A stretch of 19,867 nt of DNA from Candidatus Hermodarchaeota archaeon (GCA_048886185.1 JBHLKY010000040.1:1-19867); one strand, 5' to 3'. Numbered from the stretch's first letter, positions 7,354-16,198 are shown. Numbers and translations are program-made. Notes: generated by a model from the sequence alone, not told the origin.

Positions 7354-7377
7354 GACGAAACTAAATTTTAAATTTAG
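7354..7377 (+). promoter_or_regulatory. Candidate archaeal BRE/TATA promoter for purL (leaderless transcript), overlapped by palindrome CTAAATTT-T-AAATTTAG
   Basis: TTTTAAAT at 7366-7373 is ~24-31 nt upstream of ATG 7397. Purine-rich GACGAAA lies upstream at 7354-7360. There is no SD before purL. The palindrome spans 7361-7377. Confidence 0.45.
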
Positions 7378-7396
7378 ATAGTAATTTCCCTTCGTT

Positions 7397-10222
7397 ATGA
7401 ATAAAACTTACTTCGTAAGTATTTTTCCTAAAAATAACGTTTATGATCCTTTAAAGCGAGATATAGAAAAAAATTTGGCTGAATTTGAGATAGAAGCAAA
7501 AATTCAAACAACTTGTAATTATATGATCCAAGGTGACCTTGATAATAAACAGATTATTCAGATTTGCGAAGATTTATTAGTAGATTTTGTGTCTCATGAA
7601 TATATTGTTAATGAAGACAAATTAATTTTTCCTGATTGGGGTCAAACATATGTAATTACGGTTGAATATAAAAAAGGAGTAATGGATGCTACAGGTTTAT
7701 CATTAAAACAATTACTTCACTCAGTCGGGATAGAAGTCCGAGGTGTGAGATCAAGTACCTCAGTACTCCTATCTACAAAGACAGAAAAGGAGGTAGTAAT
7801 TGTTGCGCTCAAAAAATTCTTAGTAAATGATTTGATACAGGACGTTATTACTTCAGAGGATAATTCTTATAATTTTAAGAGTGTTAAAATCCCACTTTTA
7901 AATATCGACTCAGAGGCCATGGTAAAGCTAAGTAATGAGTTAATGTTGGCATTAAATATCGAGGAAATGCGAAAGATTCGGCGTTATTTCAAAAATCTTG
8001 GACGTGACCCAAGTGATGTTGAACTTGAAACACTAGCTCAAACTTGGTCAGAGCATTGTGTCCATAAAACTTTCAAGGGTGTTATCACTTATGAAGGAGA
8101 GGAAATCAAAAGTCTGCTTAAATCGTATATAATGAAAGCAACAGAGATAATTAACCCAGATTGGTGTATTAGCGTCTTTTCTGATAATGCTGGTATCATT
8201 AAATTCGATGATCAGTATGCTCTAGCTGTGAAAGTAGAAACTCATAATCATCCCACCGCATTAGATCCATATGGTGGGGCTGGTACTGGAAGTGGAGGTG
8301 TTTTCAGGGATATTATGGGAGTGGGAGGAGAACCAATTCTTTCAACTGATAATCTCTTTTTTGGTTTACTAGACACAAATATTGACGATTTACCAAATGG
8401 GATAATGCATCCAAAAAGACTGATGAAAGGTTCTGTTGCAGGGATTCGTGATTATGGCAATAAAATGGGTATACCAACTGCAAATGGGTCAATTGGATTT
8501 CATAAGAATTACTTAGGTAATCCACTAGTATTTGCGGGATGTGTTGGAATTCTTCCAATTGAAAAATATGTGAGAAATCCTCAACAAGGAGATTTAATTG
8601 TTCTGGTTGGAGGTAAAACAGGAAGGGATGGAATCCATGGTGTAACTTTTGCTTCAAAAACCTTAACTTCTGAATCTGAGTCCACTGCAAGTAGTGCTGT
8701 GCAAATTGGTAATCCTCTTGAGCAAAAACGTGTGATGGATGCTTTACTAAAAGCTCGAGACCATCTCGACGGACCATTGTACTCTGCAATTACTGATTGT
8801 GGAGGTGGGGGCTTAAGTTCTGCTGTGGGCGAAATGGGTAAAAATTTCGGAGTAGAAGTAAACCTCGAGAAAGTGCCTCTGAAATATGAAGGATTATTGC
8901 CATGGGAAATCTGGGTTTCAGAATCGCAAGAAAGGATGCTTTTAACTGTTCAAAAAGAAAACATTGGAAAACTAAGAGAAATTTTCGAATTAGAGAATTG
9001 TGAACTCTCGGTAATTGGTAAATTCACAGATTCTAGATCTTTAGTTCTGAAATTCGATGATGAGATTGTGTGTAATCTGGATATGGATTTTTTACATAAT
9101 GGTGTTCCACCAATTTTTCGGATGGCTAAGAAAACTAAGGTGATTGAAGCAAAAGTAGAGATTAATGATTCGGAAACGTATGGTGATGAACTATGTAAGA
9201 TTCTTAGTCACCCAATGGTTGCAAGTAAAGAATGGATTATACGTCAATATGATCATGAAGTGAGGGCAAATACAATTATTAAACCTCTACAGGGAATTGA
9301 ATATGACAGTCACGGTGATTGTTGTGTTATCAAACCATTGAGAGAATCATGGCAAGGATTTATTGTATCTAATGGCTTCAATCCAAATTACTCTTCTAAT
9401 CCTCGAAAAATGGCTCAGAGTAGTATTGATGAGGCTATACGTAATAATGTTTGTAGTGGAGGAAGGCGAATTGCTATGCTTGATAATTTTAGTTGGGGGA
9501 ATCCAGAGGATAGTGAAAACTTAGGTGCCTTAGTTGAAGCATGTCAAGCCTGCTATGAATCAGCGGTTACACTCGAAGTTCCATTCATTAGTGGTAAGGA
9601 TAGCTTGTATAATGATTTTCTATCAGATACTGAAGAATTAATTACTATACCTCACACTCTACTAATAACAAGTATAGGCTTAATCCCAGACGTAAGAGAT
9701 AGCATAACTACCGATTTTAAAACAGAGGGAAATTATATCTATTTAATTGGGGAAACCTTTCTGGAATTGGGGGGCTCCTTATTTTATGAAATAAAAAATA
9801 TTTCTAGAGGAATCATTCCTGATGTAAATCTAAAGAAATCTAAATTAATTTTTGAGAAGATAGTAAAAGCTATTGATCAAAAGCTAATACTAGCTTGTCA
9901 TGATTGCAGTGAAGGAGGAGTTGGAGTCGCTTTAGCAGAAATGTGCTTTGGAGGAAATATTGGAGCAATAATTGACTTAAATCAAGTTAAAACTGATTTA
10001 ACTAAGAATTATCAGATCCTCTTTTCAGAATCAAATACAAGATTTGTTGTAGAAGTTAACCGATCTGAAGAATTTGAGAGAGTTATGATAGGTGTCTCAT
10101 TTTCTAAAATTGGACATATAAAGGGAGAAAGATTAATCATCAAAGGTTTATCTGGAGAACGGATTGTTGATGAGCGAATTCATGATTTGAAAGAAATATG
10201 GAAAAAGACTTTCAATTGGTGA
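7397..10222 (+). CDS. purL: FGAM synthase subunit PurL with two N-terminal PurS-like domains (PurSL fusion)
   Basis: QTWSEHCVHKTF, KVETHNHP, GIRDYGNKMGIP, AITDCGGGGLSSA, SESQERM, VSGKDS-like ISGKDSLYN, CHDCSEGG, LFSESNTRF. The first ~155 aa are two ~75-aa units resembling PurS (VYDP.../VMDATG...). Confidence 0.95.
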   Translation: MNKTYFVSIFPKNNVYDPLKRDIEKNLAEFEIEAKIQTTCNYMIQGDLDNKQIIQICEDLLVDFVSHEYIVNEDKLIFPDWGQTYVITVEYKKGVMDATGLSLKQLLHSVGIEVRGVRSSTSVLLSTKTEKEVVIVALKKFLVNDLIQDVITSEDNSYNFKSVKIPLLNIDSEAMVKLSNELMLALNIEEMRKIRRYFKNLGRDPSDVELETLAQTWSEHCVHKTFKGVITYEGEEIKSLLKSYIMKATEIINPDWCISVFSDNAGIIKFDDQYALAVKVETHNHPTALDPYGGAGTGSGGVFRDIMGVGGEPILSTDNLFFGLLDTNIDDLPNGIMHPKRLMKGSVAGIRDYGNKMGIPTANGSIGFHKNYLGNPLVFAGCVGILPIEKYVRNPQQGDLIVLVGGKTGRDGIHGVTFASKTLTSESESTASSAVQIGNPLEQKRVMDALLKARDHLDGPLYSAITDCGGGGLSSAVGEMGKNFGVEVNLEKVPLKYEGLLPWEIWVSESQERMLLTVQKENIGKLREIFELENCELSVIGKFTDSRSLVLKFDDEIVCNLDMDFLHNGVPPIFRMAKKTKVIEAKVEINDSETYGDELCKILSHPMVASKEWIIRQYDHEVRANTIIKPLQGIEYDSHGDCCVIKPLRESWQGFIVSNGFNPNYSSNPRKMAQSSIDEAIRNNVCSGGRRIAMLDNFSWGNPEDSENLGALVEACQACYESAVTLEVPFISGKDSLYNDFLSDTEELITIPHTLLITSIGLIPDVRDSITTDFKTEGNYIYLIGETFLELGGSLFYEIKNISRGIIPDVNLKKSKLIFEKIVKAIDQKLILACHDCSEGGVGVALAEMCFGGNIGAIIDLNQVKTDLTKNYQILFSESNTRFVVEVNRSEEFERVMIGVSFSKIGHIKGERLIIKGLSGERIVDERIHDLKEIWKKTFNW

Positions 10223-10226
10223 GCTT

Positions 10227-10952
10227 ATGGTAACCAGTCTAGTATTAAGAGTCGACGGCACTAATTGTGCTCACGAAACTGTAGCAGCACTAGAATTAGC
10301 AGGTTCAAAAGTTGATCTTGCCCATATTAATCAACTTATAAGAGGGACGGTCAGTCTTGAAGATTATCAGGCTTTTATTATTCCTGGTGGATTCAGTTTT
10401 GGGGATCATATTGCAGCTGGAAGAATTATTGCAAATTATTTAAAATTTCAATTGAGGAAGGATATAAAACAATTTATAGAGGCAAGGAAACCTGTACTGG
10501 GCATTTGTAATGGATTTCAAGCATTGTTGAAATCTGGTTTTATGGATATTGAGGCTACGTTAATACAAAATGACTCGGGGTTGTTTATCGATACTTGGGT
10601 AAAATTGAGAAAAGAAAATGACAGTATTTTTACAAATGGAATAAAGTATCTTTTTATTCCAATCAATCATGGTGAGGGAAAATTCTATGCAGAAAAATCA
10701 ATGATCAGAAAATTGGAAAGAGAAGCTAGAATTGTTCTGAAATACATTGACAATCCAAACGGTTCTACTGAAAATATTGCTGCCATTATGAATGAAGGTG
10801 GGAATGTTATGGGTTTAATGCCACATCCAGAAAAGTTTGTACATTATTATACGCATCCATATTGGACTAGATTACCAAAAGAACTGATGAATAAAGAAGG
10901 TGAAGGATTGATAATCTTTGAAAACCTTGTTAAGGCATGTGAGAAGTTATGA
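10227..10952 (+). CDS. purQ: FGAM synthase glutaminase subunit
   Basis: GTNC, IPGGFSFGDH, LGICNGFQ (catalytic Cys), NHGEG, NPNGS, GLMPHPE (His-Glu of the triad). Confidence 0.96.
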   Translation: MVTSLVLRVDGTNCAHETVAALELAGSKVDLAHINQLIRGTVSLEDYQAFIIPGGFSFGDHIAAGRIIANYLKFQLRKDIKQFIEARKPVLGICNGFQALLKSGFMDIEATLIQNDSGLFIDTWVKLRKENDSIFTNGIKYLFIPINHGEGKFYAEKSMIRKLEREARIVLKYIDNPNGSTENIAAIMNEGGNVMGLMPHPEKFVHYYTHPYWTRLPKELMNKEGEGLIIFENLVKACEKL

Positions 10953-12028
10953 ATCAAAATTATACCGTTGGAGTTATAGGTAGTCATTCAGCGGAAGAAG
11001 TTGGTATGAGTGCAAGATCGAATGATTTTGAAACATTGGTTGTTTGCCAAAAAGGAAGAGATGTGTTATATACCAAGTATAATGATTTCCTTTTCACTCA
11101 TAAATTAGTGTTAGATAGATTTAATGATCTATCAAAGCCTGAAAACATGGAAAAATTACATAATTTGAATGTAATCTGGTTTCCTAATAGATCATTTAGT
11201 GTTTACATAGATTTAAACATTATCGAAGATAAAAAAACGTTTCCGATCCCAATTTATGGAAATCGAACTATGCTTGGAGTAGAAGATCGAAGATCACAAT
11301 ATGATCTTCTAGATAAAGCTAATATAAGGCGTCCATTAGAATTTAATTCTCCAGAAGAAATTGATCGTTTAGCAATCATCAAGGTTCAACAAAAGCATAA
11401 ACCCCTTGAGCGAGCTTTTTTTTATGCGAATTCTTTAAGAGAATATGAGAATAAAAGGGATGGATTGATTAAGGATGATATAATTGATGATGTGGATCTT
11501 AAAAATGCTATAATTGAAGAATTTGTTGTAGGCCCCCGATTCAACGCGAATTTTCAAGCTTATGGTTTAATGGATCGTTATGGACGATTTGACTTTGTAG
11601 GATTTGACGATCGCATTCAAATGAACCTCTCTGGATTATTGTATTTACCTGCAAAGGATCAATTAAGCCTAGGTAATTTTTCAGTGACTAATGAAGAAAT
11701 AGGTCATAAAGGAGTAACCATGCGGGAATCGAAGAAACCTCTTGTTTATGCTGCAGCAGAGAATTTCATCGAAATGTCTGAAAAACTATTTCCACCTGGT
11801 ATCATTGGTTTATTTGCTTTACAAGGAGCAATTAATCAAGAAGGAGAGTTTATTGTATTTGATATTTCCCCCCGAATACCTGGATCTCCCTGTTTAGGCC
11901 CAACAAGTCCAGAAATGAGAAGATTATCTATAAAATACAAGCGTGCAATAAATTCTCCTCTGGATCTTTGTATGATGGATCTTAGAGAAGCCATCAGTTC
12001 TGAAAGGGTAGATGAGGTAACTACATGA
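10949..12028 (+). CDS. PurP-like ATP-grasp protein (divergent paralogue of FAICAR synthetase)
   Basis: IGSHSA, PNRSF, PIYGNR, ERAFFYA, IEEFVVG, MRES, PPGIIGLFALQ, DISPRIPGSP. It is clearly homologous to the next gene but has a distinct motif set. Confidence 0.85.
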   Translation: MNQNYTVGVIGSHSAEEVGMSARSNDFETLVVCQKGRDVLYTKYNDFLFTHKLVLDRFNDLSKPENMEKLHNLNVIWFPNRSFSVYIDLNIIEDKKTFPIPIYGNRTMLGVEDRRSQYDLLDKANIRRPLEFNSPEEIDRLAIIKVQQKHKPLERAFFYANSLREYENKRDGLIKDDIIDDVDLKNAIIEEFVVGPRFNANFQAYGLMDRYGRFDFVGFDDRIQMNLSGLLYLPAKDQLSLGNFSVTNEEIGHKGVTMRESKKPLVYAAAENFIEMSEKLFPPGIIGLFALQGAINQEGEFIVFDISPRIPGSPCLGPTSPEMRRLSIKYKRAINSPLDLCMMDLREAISSERVDEVTT

Positions 12029-13038
12029 ATCAAGTTATGGCTGAACATATGGTTATTGGAACTGCTTGTAGTCACTCTGCGATGCAAATATTTCATGGAG
12101 CAAGACTAGAGGGGTTTAAAACAGTTGGGTTTACTCTTCCTCATCGAAAAGAAATATATCAATCGCTCCCAAACGCAACGCCTGATGATTTTATAGTAAT
12201 GAATTCATTTAATGAATTATTAGATCCAGAAATTCAACGAAGATTGTTAGATGAGAATGTTGTTATCATTCCCCATGGTAGTCTTGTTGAATATGTAGGA
12301 GCAAAAAATCTCCTCGATTCCTTCAAAGTACCTATATTCGGAAATAAAAAGAGCTTAATCTGGGAAAGTTCCAGAGAAAAAGTAATTAAGTGGATGAAAT
12401 CCGCTAAGCTTAAAGTACCTGAATACTTGTCACCTGATAAAATAGATAAATTCTGTATAGCAAAAAAGGGAGGAGCTAAAGGGGGAAAAGGTTTTTTTTT
12501 AGTTAAAAACGAGAAACAATTGTATGAGAAGCTTGGTTCGGTCAATATCAATGATCTAGTAATCCAAGAATATATTATTGGTGTGAGATATTATCATCAC
12601 TTTTTCCATTCTGTCGTTAAGAATCGAACTGAATTCCTTGGAGTAGATCAGAGATTAGAAAGTAATGTTGATGGACTCCATCGAATCCAAGAATATGTCG
12701 ATCCAAGTTATAATGTCACAGGAAATTCACCTGTTGTTTTACGGGAATCACTTGTCCCCCAAGTAATTGAAATGGGTAAGAATGTCGTTAAAGCCTCTCA
12801 AAAACTTTTTCCACCTGGTATTTCTGGACCATTTTGTATTGAAACGATTTGTACTCCAGAGCTAGAATTTTTTGCCTTTGAAATCAGTGCAAGAATTGTA
12901 GCTGGAACCAATCTTTACCCTCATGGTAGTCAATACACTTGTTACTATTTCCATGAACCAATGAGCACAGGAAGAAGAATAGCGAGAGAACTTAAAGAAG
13001 CGATTGAATTAAACATATTGGAGAAGGTACTTTCATGA
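12025..13038 (+). CDS. purP: Formate-dependent FAICAR synthetase (AICAR formyltransferase, ATP-grasp)
   Basis: SHSAMQIFHGARLEGF, IPHGSLVEYVG, FGNKKSLIWE, GAKGGKGFF, DQRLESNVDG, GNSPVVLRESL, GPFCIE, FEISARIVAGTN, MSTGRRIA. Confidence 0.92.
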   Translation: MNQVMAEHMVIGTACSHSAMQIFHGARLEGFKTVGFTLPHRKEIYQSLPNATPDDFIVMNSFNELLDPEIQRRLLDENVVIIPHGSLVEYVGAKNLLDSFKVPIFGNKKSLIWESSREKVIKWMKSAKLKVPEYLSPDKIDKFCIAKKGGAKGGKGFFLVKNEKQLYEKLGSVNINDLVIQEYIIGVRYYHHFFHSVVKNRTEFLGVDQRLESNVDGLHRIQEYVDPSYNVTGNSPVVLRESLVPQVIEMGKNVVKASQKLFPPGISGPFCIETICTPELEFFAFEISARIVAGTNLYPHGSQYTCYYFHEPMSTGRRIARELKEAIELNILEKVLS

Positions 13039-14552
13039 TTTTGGTCATTGATTTTGGTAGTCAAGTTGCCCACCTGATTAGCCGTAAAATAAGAGAACTC
13101 AATGTATATTCTGAGCTTTTAACCAACTCTCATTCAATTGATGACATATTAAATAAGAATCCTTGTGGAATAATTCTTTCGGGAAGTCCTGCATCAGTAT
13201 ATGATAGAAATGCCCCTAGCTTAATGAGTGGTATTTTCAATCTTGGCATTCCTATACTAGGTATATGTTATGGTCATCAACTTATAGCTAAACTTCTGGG
13301 GGGAAAAATCTCTCAAGGGAAAGGAGAATATGGCAAAACTTTCATTTTTCCTTCAGAACAAAACGGGATATTAAGGGGAACTCAAAAGAAAGAAATTGTT
13401 TGGATGAGTCATTCAGATTATGTTGTAAATGAACCTCAAGGATTTAATATCACTTCATATTCTGAAAATGGGTATATTGCAAGTATGGAAAATCCAGAAA
13501 AGAAGATTTATTGTGTTCAATTTCATCCTGAAGTTCATCATACACCCCACGGAAAAAATATCCTAGATAACTTCCTGACTTATGCAGGATGCAATCGTAC
13601 TTGGTCTTTAGAAGAATTTATTGAAATAATGATTAAAAAAATTCGAAAACAAGTAAAAAATGCAAAAGTAGTTATGGGGGTAAGTGGAGGAGTTGATTCA
13701 ACGGTAACAGCTGAATTAATTCACCGGGCAATAGGATCCAATCTTGTATGTGTATTTGTAAACAATGGACTTCTACGTAAAGGTGAATACCAAGAGGTTT
13801 GCAATCATTTCACAAAATTAGGCTATAGTTTTTTTACTATTGACGCATCTGAATTTTTTTTAAACAGGTTAAAAGGTGTGACTAATCCTGAGGAAAAACG
13901 AAAAATAATCGGTAAATCCTTCATAGAGATTTTTGAGCTGAAAACAAAGGAATTAGGAGATTTCAATTTTCTAGGTCAAGGGACTATTTATCCAGATCGA
14001 ATTGAAAGTGCTGAACCATCATCTCAGGCCTCAGTTATTAAATCTCATCACAATGTAGGAGGATTGCCAGAGAAAATGAGACTCTCCTTAGTTGAACCTT
14101 TGAAAGAGCTTTATAAAGATGAAGTGAGAAAAATTGGTAGAATAATGGGAATTGATGAGAATTTTCTAAGGAGACAACCATTTCCAGGACCAGGACTTGC
14201 TGTAAGGATTGTTGGTGAGGTCACACTAGATCGCATCAAGATTGTCCAAGAAAGCGACTATATTTTAAATGAAGAATTAAAGAAAGAGAGTATTTACTCT
14301 GGATTATGGCAATCCTTTGCAAGTTTTCTAGATATTCGATCAGTTGGGGTTATGGGTGATGCTAGATCATATCAATATCCCATTGTTATTAGATGTGTGC
14401 AAAGTAATGACGCAATGACTGCAAATGCAGCTCTAATTGATATAGAAGTTTTAAAAAGAATTGCGTCTCGAATTGTGAATGAGGTTGATGGAGTAAACCG
14501 AGTCTTCTATGATTTAACAGATAAACCCCCATCTACAATAGAATATGAGTGA
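13035..14552 (+). CDS. guaA: GMP synthase (glutamine-hydrolysing), single-chain GATase + ATP pyrophosphatase
   Basis: DFGSQ, LGICYGHQ, WMSH, QFHPEV, SGGVDS, IKSHHNVGGLP, PFPGPGL, KPPSTIEYE. Confidence 0.97.
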   Translation: MILVIDFGSQVAHLISRKIRELNVYSELLTNSHSIDDILNKNPCGIILSGSPASVYDRNAPSLMSGIFNLGIPILGICYGHQLIAKLLGGKISQGKGEYGKTFIFPSEQNGILRGTQKKEIVWMSHSDYVVNEPQGFNITSYSENGYIASMENPEKKIYCVQFHPEVHHTPHGKNILDNFLTYAGCNRTWSLEEFIEIMIKKIRKQVKNAKVVMGVSGGVDSTVTAELIHRAIGSNLVCVFVNNGLLRKGEYQEVCNHFTKLGYSFFTIDASEFFLNRLKGVTNPEEKRKIIGKSFIEIFELKTKELGDFNFLGQGTIYPDRIESAEPSSQASVIKSHHNVGGLPEKMRLSLVEPLKELYKDEVRKIGRIMGIDENFLRRQPFPGPGLAVRIVGEVTLDRIKIVQESDYILNEELKKESIYSGLWQSFASFLDIRSVGVMGDARSYQYPIVIRCVQSNDAMTANAALIDIEVLKRIASRIVNEVDGVNRVFYDLTDKPPSTIEYE

Positions 14553-14569
14553 ATATTAATTAATCACTC
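14547..14569 (+). terminator. Possible hairpin at the end of guaA
   Basis: GAGTGA (14547-14552, includes the stop codon) pairs with TCACTC (14564-14569) around an AT-rich 11-nt loop. There is no strong U-tract. Confidence 0.25.
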
Positions 14570-14585
14570 CAGTAATTTTGAATGA

Positions 14586-14987
14586 TTAACCGTTAGATTT
14601 TAAACTATTAGGGAGATTTTCGATTAATATCTGTTTAAATTGCTCAAGTAGTTCAGGATTTCGAATGAACATTAGATTTGCTCCAATTGACTCATTCAAC
14701 TTATTTACTTCCTCGAGATCGACAGAATCAAGCGTATTTGCAACTTCATATCATCTTTAGAAAATTTAAGTGAATGTTTTAATATTGTATAATGCTCTAA
14801 TGCGTATTTATGGACATAACATGATTTCTAACCAAATACCACTGATTGAATTACATTAATGCAATTAATCAGCTTGATCGAAGGCCAAATCTAGCAATAA
14901 ACGTAGAATAATAGTCAAAGCAGTCAACTGATTCTTTTTCATATAATGTAATCGAAGAATGAACGATTCTGGTTTATCATTAATCAT
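14586..14987 (-). pseudogene. Possible degraded gene remnant, unknown family
   Basis: Protein-like frame pieces interrupted by stops and frameshifts: MINDKPESFILRLHYMKKNQLTALTIILRLLLDLAFDQAD*, YVHKYALEHYTILKHSLKFSKD, and YEVANTLDSVDLEEVNKLNESIGANLMFIRNPELLEQFKQILIENLPNSLKSNG* (stop 14588-14586). Confidence 0.3.
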
Positions 14988-15042
14988 CCCAGTTTTCTAT
15001 TATTCTATTAGGGGTAAACAATTAACACCACTAAAGGGCATT

Positions 15043-15504
15043 TTAAATTGAAAAAAAAGTAAAAACAAGAAGAAGAACACCAAAAAAAATTAGCATCAAA
15101 GAAAAATATTTTTGACGCTTTTTTGATTGAAAAATTGATTGAGAATTTGTTTTAATATTAAGAAAACCAATTATAATCCCAAACAATAATAACAGGAATC
15201 CACATCTAAATATTAAGGACAGTAAAAAAAATTCGATGCATTGATTCGTTGACTCGTTGATTAGACCTTCATTTATATTTAAAAAAATTAATTTTTGCTT
15301 TGACCAAGATATAAGAAAGTCATTATCTAATAATTCACCTAAAAATAATCCCACAATTAAACCAAACTCGATTAATGCCATGAATACAAGACTAATTAAG
15401 ATAATAGCTATTTTAAATCCAATGTTAGATCTGATAAAGCACTGAAATCTATTGATCCAAGAAGATTTTCTACTGTATTTATTATAGAAATCTTTGGTAT
15501 TCAT
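15043..15504 (-). CDS. Hypothetical membrane protein (about 3 TM segments)
   Basis: 153-aa ORF with hydrophobic stretches (IAIILISLVFMALIEFGLIVGLFLG; FFLLSLIFRCGFLLLLFGIIIGFL; YFSLMLIFFGVLLLVFTFFSI) flanked by basic residues. Confidence 0.6.
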   Translation of the reverse strand: MNTKDFYNKYSRKSSWINRFQCFIRSNIGFKIAIILISLVFMALIEFGLIVGLFLGELLDNDFLISWSKQKLIFLNINEGLINESTNQCIEFFLLSLIFRCGFLLLLFGIIIGFLNIKTNSQSIFQSKKRQKYFSLMLIFFGVLLLVFTFFSI

Positions 15505-15676
15505 TATTCATTAACAATTAAAGATGTAGTATAAAAACCTTTAAATGACTGATCTTAGAAGATTGATATCCAGAATTCTGACGAGTACAATCAAAATGAG
15601 GTTATAGATAACATAATTACAATGAATTTTTTAAGAATGGAATAATTCACACAATCTAAGATTAGGAGCTATCAAG

Positions 15677-16198
15677 ATGAATGGACTAGAGATAACGGGA
15701 TTCGAGCAGTTGTTTTTCGGATTGTTCCTCATTATTCATGGATTAATACATTTAATATTCTTACTATACAATTATGATGAAAAAAGTAAAGTCTATGTGG
15801 GATGGTCAGGACGGTCTTGGCTCTTAGATAAAGTAATACCCCCAAACATAACTACTTATATCGGTAAAGTTACATGGATTCTTATTATGATTTTATTCGT
15901 AGGGAGCGGATTAGTTGTTCTAGATCTATTAGTCATAAGTGATTATTTAGCTCCATTGATAATCATCTCCTCAGCTATTGCTACATTAGCCTTTATAATA
16001 TTTTACAATGGTTTATCCCCAACACCTTTTCATTGGATACTTGGAGTAGTAATTAATTTAGCCTTAATTACCTATATAATATTCTTTCTGGATAATATAT
16101 TGCTGCTATTGGTTATTTTAATCCTAATAACCTTATATGGAATATTGGTTCATTCAAAAATTGTATCTAAACTAGCGATTCCCAAATCAAAAACTTGA
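15677..16198 (+). CDS. Hypothetical polytopic membrane protein (about 5 TM) with an HGLIH motif
   Basis: AGGAG SD upstream; multiple hydrophobic segments; LIIHGLIHLIF in TM1. Confidence 0.75.
   Translation: MNGLEITGFEQLFFGLFLIIHGLIHLIFLLYNYDEKSKVYVGWSGRSWLLDKVIPPNITTYIGKVTWILIMILFVGSGLVVLDLLVISDYLAPLIIISSAIATLAFIIFYNGLSPTPFHWILGVVINLALITYIIFFLDNILLLLVILILITLYGILVHSKIVSKLAIPKSKT

Noticed and set aside
7201-7396. ZTP (pfl) or purine riboswitch in the divergent pur leader
   Set aside because: GTCGATTGGTGAAA at ~7274 loosely recalls the pfl 5' strand, but the GCCGACCGCCTGGG-type 3' element and the GC-rich stems are absent on both strands. An Infernal/Rfam scan would settle it.
10949-12033. Both PurP-family genes begin ATGAATCAA (MNQ)
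   Set aside because: Only 9 nt are identical and the proteins are otherwise highly diverged; likely coincidence rather than a recent duplication signal.
8313-12551. ORF-track - strand ORFs 8313-8789, 11836-12096 and 12234-12551
   Set aside because: Antisense shadows of purL and the PurP genes.
15257-15445. ORF-track + strand 62-aa ORF
   Set aside because: Antisense to the 153-aa membrane protein; low-complexity N/K/I-rich shadow frame.
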